The translations under genes were made by a program, and so were the position numbers. The notes beneath the pieces were generated by a model, which was not told where the DNA came from, ran no database searches, and was given only the letters and a program-made list of their open reading frames with translations. Shown piece after piece: positions 31,811 through 40,784 of a stretch of DNA of 64,000 nt. The DNA is taken from contig CAWEYL010000001.1 of assembly GCA_963813335.1 (NCBI GenBank), positions 320,001 through 384,000 of the forward strand, written 5' to 3'. Source of the DNA: an uncultured Chloroflexia bacterium (lineage in GTDB: Bacteria; Chloroflexota; Limnocylindria; Limnocylindrales; CSP1-4). Positions within the stretch are counted from its first letter, which is position 1; every line of letters begins with the position of its first letter.

Positions 31811-32790
31811 GCGCGGCGGCCCTGACCCCGGTCGTTCGTGTCGCCCCGGCCAAGCTCAACCTGACCCTCGCCGTGGTCGGGCGGCGTCGCGACGGCTTCC
31901 ACGACCTGCACTCGGTCTTCGTGCCGCTCGCCCTCGCCGACCGGCTCAGCCTCGCGCCGGCCGCGGGCGCGCACGACTCGCTGTACGCGAGCGGGTTCGA
32001 CCCCGGCCCGCCGGACGAGAACCTGGTGCTGCGCGCCGTGGCCGCGACGCGGACCGCCGTCGGCGGCGGGCATCCGGGCGGCCCGGGCCCAGCGCCGGCC
32101 GTGGCGATCCGGCTGGAGAAGCTGATCCCCGTGGCCGCCGGGCTGGGCGGCGGCTCGTCCGACGCGGCGGCGGCCATCGACGGCGTCCTCGAGGCATGGG
32201 GCGCGGAGCTCGCGCCCGAGACGCGCTCGGCCGTGGCCGCGGCCGTCGGGTCGGACGTGCCCTTCTTCCTGGCCGGCGGCCCGGCCCTCGTCGAAGGACG
32301 CGGCGAGCGCGTCGCCCCGCTCCACGGCCTGCGCGGCGCGCCGGGCGTCCTCCTCGTGACGCCGTCGATCGCGCTGCCGACCGCCGAGGTCTTCGCCGTC
32401 TTCGCCGCGCTCCGCGGCGCCGGCGACGGCTCGGTGCTGATGAGCTCGACCCATTGCGCGGAGGAGCTGCGCTCGGGCCTGTCGGCGTCCGACCTCGTGG
32501 CCAGGGCCGGCGTCCTCGCGATGGCCAACGACCTGTTCCCGGCGGCCGCGGCGATCGTGCCGAGCCTCGTGCCCCTCCGCCGCGCCCTGAGCCGGCTGCT
32601 CGGGCAGCCGATCGGGCTGTCCGGCTCGGGGCCGACCCTCTGGGCGCTCTATCCTTCAGGTCCCGAGGCCGCCGCCGCGGCGTCGGTCGTGGACCAGGCC
32701 ATCGGGGCCGGACGCCTCCCGGCGCCCGGAGCGGACCGCCCATTCGTCGCCGCGACGACGATCCTCGCCAGCACGGAGAGCCAGCCATGA
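31807..32790 (+). CDS. ispE: 4-diphosphocytidyl-2-C-methyl-D-erythritol kinase
   Basis: APAKLNLTL, IPVAAGLGGGSSDAAA, GSDVPFF, SGSGPT. Confidence 0.96.
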   Translation: MSAAALTPVVRVAPAKLNLTLAVVGRRRDGFHDLHSVFVPLALADRLSLAPAAGAHDSLYASGFDPGPPDENLVLRAVAATRTAVGGGHPGGPGPAPAVAIRLEKLIPVAAGLGGGSSDAAAAIDGVLEAWGAELAPETRSAVAAAVGSDVPFFLAGGPALVEGRGERVAPLHGLRGAPGVLLVTPSIALPTAEVFAVFAALRGAGDGSVLMSSTHCAEELRSGLSASDLVARAGVLAMANDLFPAAAAIVPSLVPLRRALSRLLGQPIGLSGSGPTLWALYPSGPEAAAAASVVDQAIGAGRLPAPGADRPFVAATTILASTESQP

Positions 32791-33179
32791 GTCGATCGGC
32801 CATCGCGACCAGTTCGGCCCCGAACGCCGTCGGGCCGTACAGCCAGGCCATCGTGGCTGGCGACTTCGTGTTCTGCTCCGGGCAGGGCGCGATCGACGCC
32901 GCCACCAACGAGATGCGGCATGGCACGATCGAGGAGGAGACCCGCGTCACGCTCAAGAACATCGGCGGCCTGCTCGACGCCGCCGGGGTCGGGTTCGCCG
33001 ACGTCGTCAAGAGCACGGTCTTCCTCGTGGACATGGACGACTTCGCCGCGATGAACGCGATCTACGCCGCGGCCTTCCCCGACCCGCCGCCGGCCCGCTC
33101 GACCGTGGCGGTGGCCGCCCTGCCGAAGGGCTTCAAGGTGGAGATCGAGGTCGTCGCCTACAAGCCGCGGGCCGGTTGA
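32787..33179 (+). CDS. ridA: RidA/YjgF family enamine/imine deaminase
   Basis: APNAVGPYSQA, SGQ, PARSTV, LPKG..VEIE. Confidence 0.93.
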   Translation: MSRSAIATSSAPNAVGPYSQAIVAGDFVFCSGQGAIDAATNEMRHGTIEEETRVTLKNIGGLLDAAGVGFADVVKSTVFLVDMDDFAAMNAIYAAAFPDPPPARSTVAVAALPKGFKVEIEVVAYKPRAG

Positions 33180-33220
33180 CACCCCGAACGAGCCGCCCAT
33201 ACGATGCCGCCACCCTGCTG

Positions 33221-34639
33221 ATGACTGCCCACCCATCCGATCCGGATCCGCCATCCGGGCCGGTCGCCGTCGTGATGGCGGCCGGGCTCGGGACGCGCAT
33301 GCGGTCGCCGCTCCCCAAGGTCCTCCACCCGATGTGCGGCCGGCCCATGCTCGCCTACGTCCTCGACGCGTGGGCGACGACCGCGGACGGCGCCGCCGGC
33401 GGACCGCCGGTGGTCGTCTACTCGCCGCCGGTGGCCGCGATCACCGAGGCGTTCGCCGGCCAGGCTGCGTTCGCCCTCCAGGCCGAGCCGCGCGGCACGG
33501 GCGATGCGGTCCGCGCCGCGCTGGCCGCTGTCCCCGAGGCCGCGACGGAGGTCGTCGTGCTGTCGGGCGACGTCCCGCTCGTCACCGGGTCCGACCTCGA
33601 GGCCGTCATCGAGGCGCGTCGGGCCGACGACGCGGCGATCGCCCTGGCCAGCGTGTTCGCGGCCGACCCGGCGGCGCTCGGGCGCGTGGTCCGTGGCGAC
33701 TTCGGGACCGTCGAGCGGATCGTCGAGGCGAAGGACGCCACGCCCGAGGAGCTCGAGGGCAACGAGATCAACGTGGGGCTCTACGCGTTCGACGCCGCCT
33801 GGCTGCGGCGGCGGATCGAGACCCTCGAGCCGTCGAGCGCCACCGGCGAGCTGTACCTCACGGACCTGGTCCGGCTCGCCCGGGAGGACGGCCGCATCGT
33901 GGCGGCGGTCGGCTTCGAGGACGACGGCCGGTTCGACGGCATCAACGACCGCAACCAGCTGGCGGCCGCCGAGTGGAGCCTGCGGGTCCGGCTCAACGAG
34001 GCCCACATGCGGGCCGGCGTGACGATGCGCGACCCGTCCACCGCCTACATCGACTGGACGGTGGACCTCGCCGCCGACGTGACCATCGAGCCCAACGTCA
34101 TCCTCCGCGGCACCACGACGGTCGGGGCCGGCAGCGTCATCGGCGCGGGCAGCCAGCTGATCGACACGACGGTCGGGGAGCGCGTCCAGGTCTGGGCCAG
34201 CATCGCCGAATCGTCGGTCATCGAGGACGAGGCCACGGTCGGGCCGTTCAGCCACCTGCGGGCGGGCAGCGTCATCGGCCGCGGCGCCCAGGTGGGCAAC
34301 TACGCGGAACTCAAGAACTCGCGCCTCGGCGCGAGGTCGAAGCAGCACCACATGAGCTATCTCGGCGACGCCCAGCTGGGCGAGGGCGTCAACGTCGGGG
34401 CGGGCACGATCACGGCCAACTACGACGGCACGCGCAAGCACAGGACCACGGTCGGCGACGGGGCGTTCCTCGGCGTCGACACGATGCTCGTCGCCCCGAT
34501 CGAGGTCGGGGAGGGGGCCCGGACCGGCGCCGGCGCCGTGGTCACCCACGACGTGCCCGCCGGCAAGCTGGCGGTCGGGGTGCCGGCGCGCATCCGCGAG
34601 CCCAGGGCCAAACCCGCCGGAGGGAGCCCCGAGGGGTGA
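33221..34639 (+). CDS. glmU: Bifunctional UDP-GlcNAc pyrophosphorylase / GlcN-1-P acetyltransferase
   Basis: AAGLGTRMRS..PKVLH, GTGDAV, ELYLTD, left-handed beta-helix, YLGDA, NVGAGTITANYDG. Confidence 0.97.
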   Translation: MTAHPSDPDPPSGPVAVVMAAGLGTRMRSPLPKVLHPMCGRPMLAYVLDAWATTADGAAGGPPVVVYSPPVAAITEAFAGQAAFALQAEPRGTGDAVRAALAAVPEAATEVVVLSGDVPLVTGSDLEAVIEARRADDAAIALASVFAADPAALGRVVRGDFGTVERIVEAKDATPEELEGNEINVGLYAFDAAWLRRRIETLEPSSATGELYLTDLVRLAREDGRIVAAVGFEDDGRFDGINDRNQLAAAEWSLRVRLNEAHMRAGVTMRDPSTAYIDWTVDLAADVTIEPNVILRGTTTVGAGSVIGAGSQLIDTTVGERVQVWASIAESSVIEDEATVGPFSHLRAGSVIGRGAQVGNYAELKNSRLGARSKQHHMSYLGDAQLGEGVNVGAGTITANYDGTRKHRTTVGDGAFLGVDTMLVAPIEVGEGARTGAGAVVTHDVPAGKLAVGVPARIREPRAKPAGGSPEG

Positions 34640-35970
34640 GCGTCCCGTTCGGCGAGCTGCTGGTCATCGTCATCCTGACCGTCTTCGAGGGATTCTTCGT
34701 CGCCGCCGAGATCGCCCTGGTCTCCATCCGGCGCAGCCGGGTCGAGCAGCTGGCCGAGGAGGGCAGCCAGGGCGCCAGGCGCGTCCGCCGGTTGCTCGAC
34801 GAACCCGGGCGCTTCCTGGCCGTCTGCCAGCTCGGCCTGACGTTCATCGGGTTCTTCGCCTCGGCCTACGCGGCGATCAGCCTGTCGGACCAGCTGACCA
34901 CGCTGTTGGTCAGCGCCGGCATGGCGGAGGGGACGGCGTCGGGGATCGCGCTCCTGATCGTCACGATCCTGCTGTCGCTCTTCACGATCATCTTCGCCGA
35001 GCTCGTCCCCAAGACCCTCGCGCTCGCCCACGCGGAGCGGTTCGCCATCACCCTGTCGCTGCCCATCGACTTCCTCGGCCGGGCGCTCCGGCCGGTGATC
35101 GCCTTCCTGACCTGGACCACCAGCGGCATCGTCCGGCTCTTCGGCGCGGAGGTCTCGAGCGACGCCCAGATCACGGCCCAGGAGCTGCGCCTGATCGTGG
35201 AGCGGGGCGGCGAGCAGGGGATCCTCGAGGCGGAGGAGGAGCAGATGATCAACGCGGTCATCGAGCTCGGCGACCAGCGCGTCCATGAGGTCATGGTCCC
35301 GCGCATCCACATGGTCACCCTCACCGCGGACGCGACCCTCGACGACGCGATCGACAAGGTCATCGACGAGGGCCACAGCCGGATCCCGGCCTACGAGGGC
35401 ACGATCGACGAGATCGTCGGGATCCTGTACGCGAAGGACCTCCTGCCGTTCCTCAAGGGCTCGGTGAGCGAGCGACCGTCGCTCCGCTCGATCCTGCGGA
35501 CACCGGTCTTCGTGCCCGAGTCGATGAGCGTCGACGACCTCCTCCACGAGCTGCAACGGCGCAAGGTCCACCTCGCGGTCGTGCTCGATGAGTACGGCGG
35601 CACCGCTGGCCTGGTGACCATCGAGGACCTCCTCGAGGAGATCGTCGGCGAGATCCAGGACGAGTACGACGAGGAGGAGCCGCTCATCGTGCGGATCTCC
35701 GACGACGAGGCGCGCATCGACGGGCGGGCGGCGGTCGACGACCTCGAGGAGCTGTTCGACACCTCGCTCGGGCTCGACGACGAGGACCAGTACGACACCG
35801 TCGGCGGACTCATCTACCACCGCATCGGCGGTGTCCCGAAGCCGGGCGACCGGGTCAGCGTCGACGGGTTGACGCTGACGGTCGAGACGACCGACGGCAA
35901 GCGCGTGGGCAAGGTCCTCGCCGTGCGCGAGCCGCGTGACGGGCACGGCGACGACGAGGACGACCGGTAG
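34636..35970 (+). CDS. CNNM/hemolysin (HlyC/CorC) family membrane protein
   Basis: FFVAAEIAL, ELVPK, VMVPR, HSRIP, DEYGGTAGLVTIEDLLEEIVGEIQDEYD, CorC C-terminus. Confidence 0.95.
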   Translation: MSVPFGELLVIVILTVFEGFFVAAEIALVSIRRSRVEQLAEEGSQGARRVRRLLDEPGRFLAVCQLGLTFIGFFASAYAAISLSDQLTTLLVSAGMAEGTASGIALLIVTILLSLFTIIFAELVPKTLALAHAERFAITLSLPIDFLGRALRPVIAFLTWTTSGIVRLFGAEVSSDAQITAQELRLIVERGGEQGILEAEEEQMINAVIELGDQRVHEVMVPRIHMVTLTADATLDDAIDKVIDEGHSRIPAYEGTIDEIVGILYAKDLLPFLKGSVSERPSLRSILRTPVFVPESMSVDDLLHELQRRKVHLAVVLDEYGGTAGLVTIEDLLEEIVGEIQDEYDEEEPLIVRISDDEARIDGRAAVDDLEELFDTSLGLDDEDQYDTVGGLIYHRIGGVPKPGDRVSVDGLTLTVETTDGKRVGKVLAVREPRDGHGDDEDDR

Positions 35971-35972
35971 AC

Positions 35973-36740
35973 CTGCCGCCGGTCGGCGACCCGCTGCGGT
36001 TCACGACCATCGCTCACGGGCAGCGGTCGAGCCTGGGCCCGGTCTCGGCCGAACGGCTCGAGGCGCTCAGTGGGCGGCTGGCCCTGGCGCCTGGCGCGCG
36101 GGTCGTGGAGCTCGGGTCGGGGAAGGCGGCGCTGCTCATCCGGCTGCTCCGCCGCTGGCCGGGTGCCGGTGCCGAGGGATTCGAGCGCAACCGCTGGTTC
36201 ATGGCCGAGGCCCGCACCGCCGCCGAGGAGGCGGGCGTCGCGGGCCGCCTCTCGCTGGTCGACACCGATTCGCCGGGTGTCCTCCTGGCCGGGCGCTCGG
36301 TCGACCTCGCGATCGCGATGGGCGCGACCGGGATCGTCGGGGAGCAGGCGGAGACGATCGCGTTCCTTGCCTCGATCGTCGGCCCGGGCGGGCAGGTCGT
36401 GTTCGGCGACGGCGCCTGGCAGGCCGAGCCGGACCCCGAGGGTCTCGCGGCGTTCGGCATGGCCCGTGACGAGCTGGCCGATGGCGCTGACGGGTTCGCC
36501 GACCTGGGCCGGGCGGCCGGCCTGGAGCCCGTCACGGTCGAGCTCGTCTCGACCGGGGAGTGGGACGAGTACGAATTGGCGTATGCGGGCGCGATCGACG
36601 CGTGGGCCGCGGCGAACCCGGACGACCCGGAGCGTGCCGCGTTCCTGGCCCGCGCCGCCGCGATGCGCGCGAGCTATGCCGCGTGGCGCCGCGCGTCGAT
36701 GGGCTTCGCGATCGGGGTGTTCCGGACGCCTGGCGGCTGA
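35973..36740 (+). CDS. Class I SAM-dependent methyltransferase (start uncertain)
   Basis: VVELGSGKA motif I; the frame is open upstream of GTG 36105 (DPLRFTTIAH...LAPGARV) with only CTG 35973 as a candidate start. Confidence 0.8.
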   Translation: MPPVGDPLRFTTIAHGQRSSLGPVSAERLEALSGRLALAPGARVVELGSGKAALLIRLLRRWPGAGAEGFERNRWFMAEARTAAEEAGVAGRLSLVDTDSPGVLLAGRSVDLAIAMGATGIVGEQAETIAFLASIVGPGGQVVFGDGAWQAEPDPEGLAAFGMARDELADGADGFADLGRAAGLEPVTVELVSTGEWDEYELAYAGAIDAWAAANPDDPERAAFLARAAAMRASYAAWRRASMGFAIGVFRTPGG

Positions 36741-36749
36741 ACCGCGGCG

Positions 36750-37030
36750 CCTCGCGGCCATTGCGCCGCGGCGGTCACCGGCGTTCCTGCCAGATGATCA
36801 TCAGGCGGTCGTTGGTCACCGATCTGGACGGATCCTGATCCTCACCGCGTGGAACCCACGCACGGATCCTCGGGCGCCCGGCCCCAAGGCACGGCAGATG
36901 ACCATCGGGCGATCATCTGGCAGCGCGGGGCTGACCAACGATCGCGTGAGGGACATCTGACGGAAACGGGGTCGGGCCACGGGCCACGCGCCGGGCGCCG
37001 CATCCTCGCGGCCACTGAACCGCGGCGGTC
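36750..37030. repeat. REP/BIME-like intergenic palindrome array between convergent genes
   Basis: Three related 31-nt palindromic units (36788-36818, 36892-36922, 36932-36962) flanked by a 27-nt direct repeat (36750-36776 / 37004-37030, 24/27 identical). Confidence 0.65.
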
Positions 37031-37033
37031 GGC

Positions 37034-38056
37034 CTAGGCGTCGATGGCGGCGACGATGATCTGCTCGAGCCGGTTCCGCGCGGCGGCGCCCAGCACGCCC
37101 GCGCCATCGAGCTCGGCCAGCGCTTCGTCGCGGTGGCGGCGGGCCTGCTCGCGGGTGTACTCGCGGGCGCCCGTCCGCTCGAGGATGGCCACGATCTCGG
37201 CGACCTCCTCCGGCGTTCGATCCGGCGCCGCGTACAGCGCCTCCAGCCGGGCCCGATCCTCGGGGCCGGCCATCTCGTGCGCGTAGATGACCGGGAGCGT
37301 CTGCTTGCGGTGGGCGACGTCCGAGGCTTCCTTGCCGGTGGCACGCTCCGCGCCCCAGATGCCGAGCAGGTCGTCGTTGACCTGGAAGGCCAGGCCGAGG
37401 GCCCAGCCGAAGCCGCGATACCGGGCGATGACGGCCTCGTCGTCGGTGGCCAGGAGCGCCCCGGCCTCGATCGAGGCGGCGATGAGCGCCGCGGTCTTGC
37501 GGCCGATCATGTCGAAATAGCCGTCGACCGTCATGAGCTCGTTGGAGCCGCTCGCCGCGATGTCGAGGTACTGGCCCTCGCACAGCGCGAGGCACGTCTC
37601 GTCGAAGAGGCGCATCAGGCGCAGGACCTTGGCGTCCGAGAAGCCAAGGTCCGACAGCCGATGGAGCGCGATGCGCGAGAGGCTGAACAGCGTGTCGCCG
37701 GCGTTGATGGCCTGCGGCACCCCGTGCACCGTCCAGAGCGTGGGGCGGTGGCGGCGTTCGACGTCGCCGTCCTCGATGTCGTCGTGGACCAGGCTGAAGT
37801 TGTGCCCGAGCTCCACGGCGGCAGCACCCGGCAGCGCGCGCGCGTGCTCACCCGTGATCGAGGCGTACGCCAGGAGGCCGAGGAGCGGCCGGATCCGCTT
37901 GCCGCCGGACGCCCCCGACCCGTCGAGCGCGAGGTGGTAGCGGACCATCTCGTACAGCCCGTGGGTGGACGGATCCCGATCGGCGACCAGCCGGAGGATC
38001 TCACCCTCGGTGTCGGCGATCAGCTGATCGAGGTCGATGTCGGTCGAGGTCGTCAT
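37034..38056 (-). CDS. Short-chain polyprenyl diphosphate synthase (GGPPS/FPPS-like)
   Basis: GGKRIRP, FSLVHDDIED (FARM with Phe at -5), GQYLD, KTAALI, FQVNDD. Confidence 0.93.
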   Translation of the reverse strand: MTTSTDIDLDQLIADTEGEILRLVADRDPSTHGLYEMVRYHLALDGSGASGGKRIRPLLGLLAYASITGEHARALPGAAAVELGHNFSLVHDDIEDGDVERRHRPTLWTVHGVPQAINAGDTLFSLSRIALHRLSDLGFSDAKVLRLMRLFDETCLALCEGQYLDIAASGSNELMTVDGYFDMIGRKTAALIAASIEAGALLATDDEAVIARYRGFGWALGLAFQVNDDLLGIWGAERATGKEASDVAHRKQTLPVIYAHEMAGPEDRARLEALYAAPDRTPEEVAEIVAILERTGAREYTREQARRHRDEALAELDGAGVLGAAARNRLEQIIVAAIDA

Positions 38057-38269
38057 CGTCGGTCGAGTGTACACGAAACGTGCGCGCCCGAGGTAGCAGA
38101 TAGTGCCGGACCCGGCGGCGGGTGGGCTGCGGTGGACGATGCCGCCTGCGGTGCGACGCCGGCGCGGGGGACGCGACCGCACCGGCGTCTACCAGCGATA
38201 CGCGGGTCGGCCGGGATCGGATGCGCCGGCCCGCAGATGGGTCCGCGCATCGGTGGTACCGTCGCCCCG

Positions 38270-39044
38270 ATGCCCATCCCGCGCCGCTACACGACCGAGG
38301 CCATCGTCCTCTCGCGCTTCGACCTGGGCGAGGCGGACCGCGTGCTGACGCTGATCACGCCGGGGGTCGGCAAGCTCAAAGCGATCGCCAAGGGGATCCG
38401 CCGGCCCACCTCGCGCCTCGGCGGCAGCCTCGAGCCGTTCGCCGAGCTGACCGTGGCGCTCGCCCGCGGCCGCACGTTCGACGTCGTCACCCAGGTCAGC
38501 GTGGGCCATGCCTGGCTCCACCTGCGCGACTCGCTCGAGGGCGCGGCCACGGCGTGGTACCTCGCCGAGCTGGCCGACCGCTCCCTCGAGGAGCGCCACG
38601 CGGCCGAGCCGCTCTACGCCCTGCTCCGCCGGGCCTACGAGCTGCTGGACGGCGGGATGGCCCCCGGCCGGGTGGCGCGCTGGTACGAGATGCACCTGCT
38701 CGACGAGCTGGGCAGCCGCCCCGAGGTGGACCGTTGCGTCGAGTGCGACCGGGTCCTGGAGTCCGAGGAGCGGTTCCGCTGGGTGCCGCCGCTGGGCGGC
38801 GTCGTCTGCGAGCGCTGCCCCGGACCGCCGCACGACCGGACCCGGCTCAGCCTCGAGGCGCTCAAGCTGGTCAAGGCCTACCAGCGGCTCGACATCGAGG
38901 CGCTCGCCGAACTGCGCCTGGCCCCCGCCGTCGAGCGCGAGGTCGAGGTCGGCGCTGCGCGAGTTCGTCCGCAACGTCCTCGAACGCGAGGCGCGCTCGC
39001 TGCCGTTCCTCGATGAGGTCCGTCACGTCCCGGTCCCGGGCTGA
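38270..39044 (+). CDS. recO: DNA repair protein RecO, frameshifted near 38949
   Basis: EAIVL..FDLGEADRVLTL, AKGIRR, LEPF, Zn-finger CVEC...CERC; C-terminus LREFVRNVLEREARSLPFL in the +1 frame. Confidence 0.93.
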
Positions 39045-39145
39045 TGGCGGCCGTGGAGCTGCGCGACATCGCGACCGACGCCGACCGGGCGGCCGCCGTC
39101 GTGCTCGAGGTTGCCCCGGGCCAGGACCAGCAGGAGGCGTCATGA
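39044..39145 (+). pseudogene. 33-aa remnant resembling the N-terminus of a BltD-like GNAT acetyltransferase
   Basis: MAAVELRDIATDADRAAAVVLEVAPGQDQQEAS*; overlaps the recO stop and the next ATG. Confidence 0.5.
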
Positions 39146-39564
39146 AGGCACTCGACCCGACCAGTCCCGCCGGCGCCCGGATCTCGGAGCGCCTGGAGAC
39201 CGATCTCACCGGTTGGCTGACCACGGTCAACCCGGACGGCCAGCCGCAGAGCTCGGTCATCTGGTTCAAGTGGGCGGACGGGGTGATCACGGTCTACTCG
39301 AACAAGCGTGCGGCCCGGAACGGCAACATCGCGGATCGGCCGCTGGTCTCGTTCAACCTCGACACCGAGGACCACGGCGACGCGTACGTGACCATCGAGG
39401 CCGAGGCACGGTTCGACCCCGACGCCGGGCCGGCGTCGACCGACCCGGTCTTCACCGCGAAGTACGCGGCGATGATCGCGAGCTACGGCTGGGAGCCCAG
39501 CTGGTACGACAGCGAGTACCCCGTCGTGATCCGGATCACCCCGACGCGCTGGCGCGTCGCCTGA
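39142..39564 (+). CDS. PPOX-class (split-barrel) flavin/F420-dependent oxidoreductase, TIGR03667-like
   Basis: WLTTVNPDGQPQSSVIWF, NIADRPLVS, IRITPTR; GGAGG SD. Confidence 0.85.
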   Translation: MKALDPTSPAGARISERLETDLTGWLTTVNPDGQPQSSVIWFKWADGVITVYSNKRAARNGNIADRPLVSFNLDTEDHGDAYVTIEAEARFDPDAGPASTDPVFTAKYAAMIASYGWEPSWYDSEYPVVIRITPTRWRVA

Positions 39565-39580
39565 GCGGGGAGGGCCGACC

Positions 39581-40768
39581 ATGGCATCCCGGGCGCTGAA
39601 CGCGGCGGTCGTGACCACGGCGGTCGGGGTGACCGCGGCGGCGGCCGCGCGCGTGGCCGGCCGACGGCTGGTGGCACGGACCGAGCGGCGGCTCTGCCCG
39701 AACCCCACGGTCGGCCGCTATCCCGCCACGGAACGCGCGCGCGCCCTGCACGAGACGCTCGGCGTGGTCGACCTCCACGCCGATTCGCTGCTGTGGGGCC
39801 GCGACCTTCTGGAGCGCGGCGACCGCGGGCATGTAGACGTCCCGCGCCTGATCGAGGGGAACGTGGCCCTCCAGGTCTTTGCCGCGAGCACCAAGTCCCC
39901 GCGCCACCTCAACATCGACCGCAACGACGACACGAGCGACGACATCATCCTGCTGGCGATCGGCTCCGGCTGGCCGCCGCGGACCTGGCGGAGCCTCCTC
40001 GCCCGGGCGCTCCACATGGCGTCGCGAGCCGACGCGATGGCGCGCCGCTCCGACGGCCGTCTCACGATCATCCGCTCACAGGCCGACCTCGCCGCGCACC
40101 TCGCGGCGCGCGGGCCGAACTGGCCGGTCACCGCCGGGTTGCTCGCGATCGAGGGCGCCCACGCGCTCGACGACGATCCGGCCAACGTCGAGGTCGTCGC
40201 CGACGCGGGCTACCGGATGATGTCGCCGAGCCATTTCTTCGACACCGCCTTCGGCGGCTCCGCGCACGGCATCGAGAAGGGCGGCCTCACGCCCGCCGGC
40301 CGCGAGATGATCGAGCGCATGGAGGCCCGCGGCATGCTGGTCGACGTCGCCCACGCCTCGGCCGCCACCGTCGATGACGTCCTCGCGATGTCGACCCGGC
40401 CGGTGGTCGCCTCGCACACCGGCGCCCGCGGCATCGCCGACAACGCCCGGAACCTCTCCGACGAGCACCTGCGCGGCATCGCCGCGAGCGGCGGCCTCGT
40501 CGGCATCGGCTTCTGGCCGACCGCCTGCGGTGGCGACGACGCGGCCTCGATCGCCCGCTCGATCCGTTACGCCGTCGACGTCGCCGGCGTCGAGCACGTC
40601 GGGCTCGGTTCGGACTTCGATGGCGGCGTGCCGGTCCCGTTCGACGCGACCGGGATGATCCGCATCACCGAGGCGCTGCTCGAGGCGGGCCTCGAGGACG
40701 CCGCCATCGCAAAGGTCATGGGCGGCAACGCCCTCCGCGTCCTCGGCGAGGCACTGCCGGCGGTCTGA
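39581..40768 (+). CDS. Membrane (renal) dipeptidase, M19 family
   Basis: DLHAD, IEGAH, DVAH, ASHTG, RNLSD, GSDFDG, GGNALR. Confidence 0.93.
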   Translation: MASRALNAAVVTTAVGVTAAAAARVAGRRLVARTERRLCPNPTVGRYPATERARALHETLGVVDLHADSLLWGRDLLERGDRGHVDVPRLIEGNVALQVFAASTKSPRHLNIDRNDDTSDDIILLAIGSGWPPRTWRSLLARALHMASRADAMARRSDGRLTIIRSQADLAAHLAARGPNWPVTAGLLAIEGAHALDDDPANVEVVADAGYRMMSPSHFFDTAFGGSAHGIEKGGLTPAGREMIERMEARGMLVDVAHASAATVDDVLAMSTRPVVASHTGARGIADNARNLSDEHLRGIAASGGLVGIGFWPTACGGDDAASIARSIRYAVDVAGVEHVGLGSDFDGGVPVPFDATGMIRITEALLEAGLEDAAIAKVMGGNALRVLGEALPAV

Positions 40769-40784
40769 CGGGCCGCCGGGTCGC

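Noticed and set aside
36750-37030. Mini-CRISPR array
   Set aside because: Units are degenerate, unevenly spaced and in mixed orientation, and no cas genes are present. REP-like fits better.
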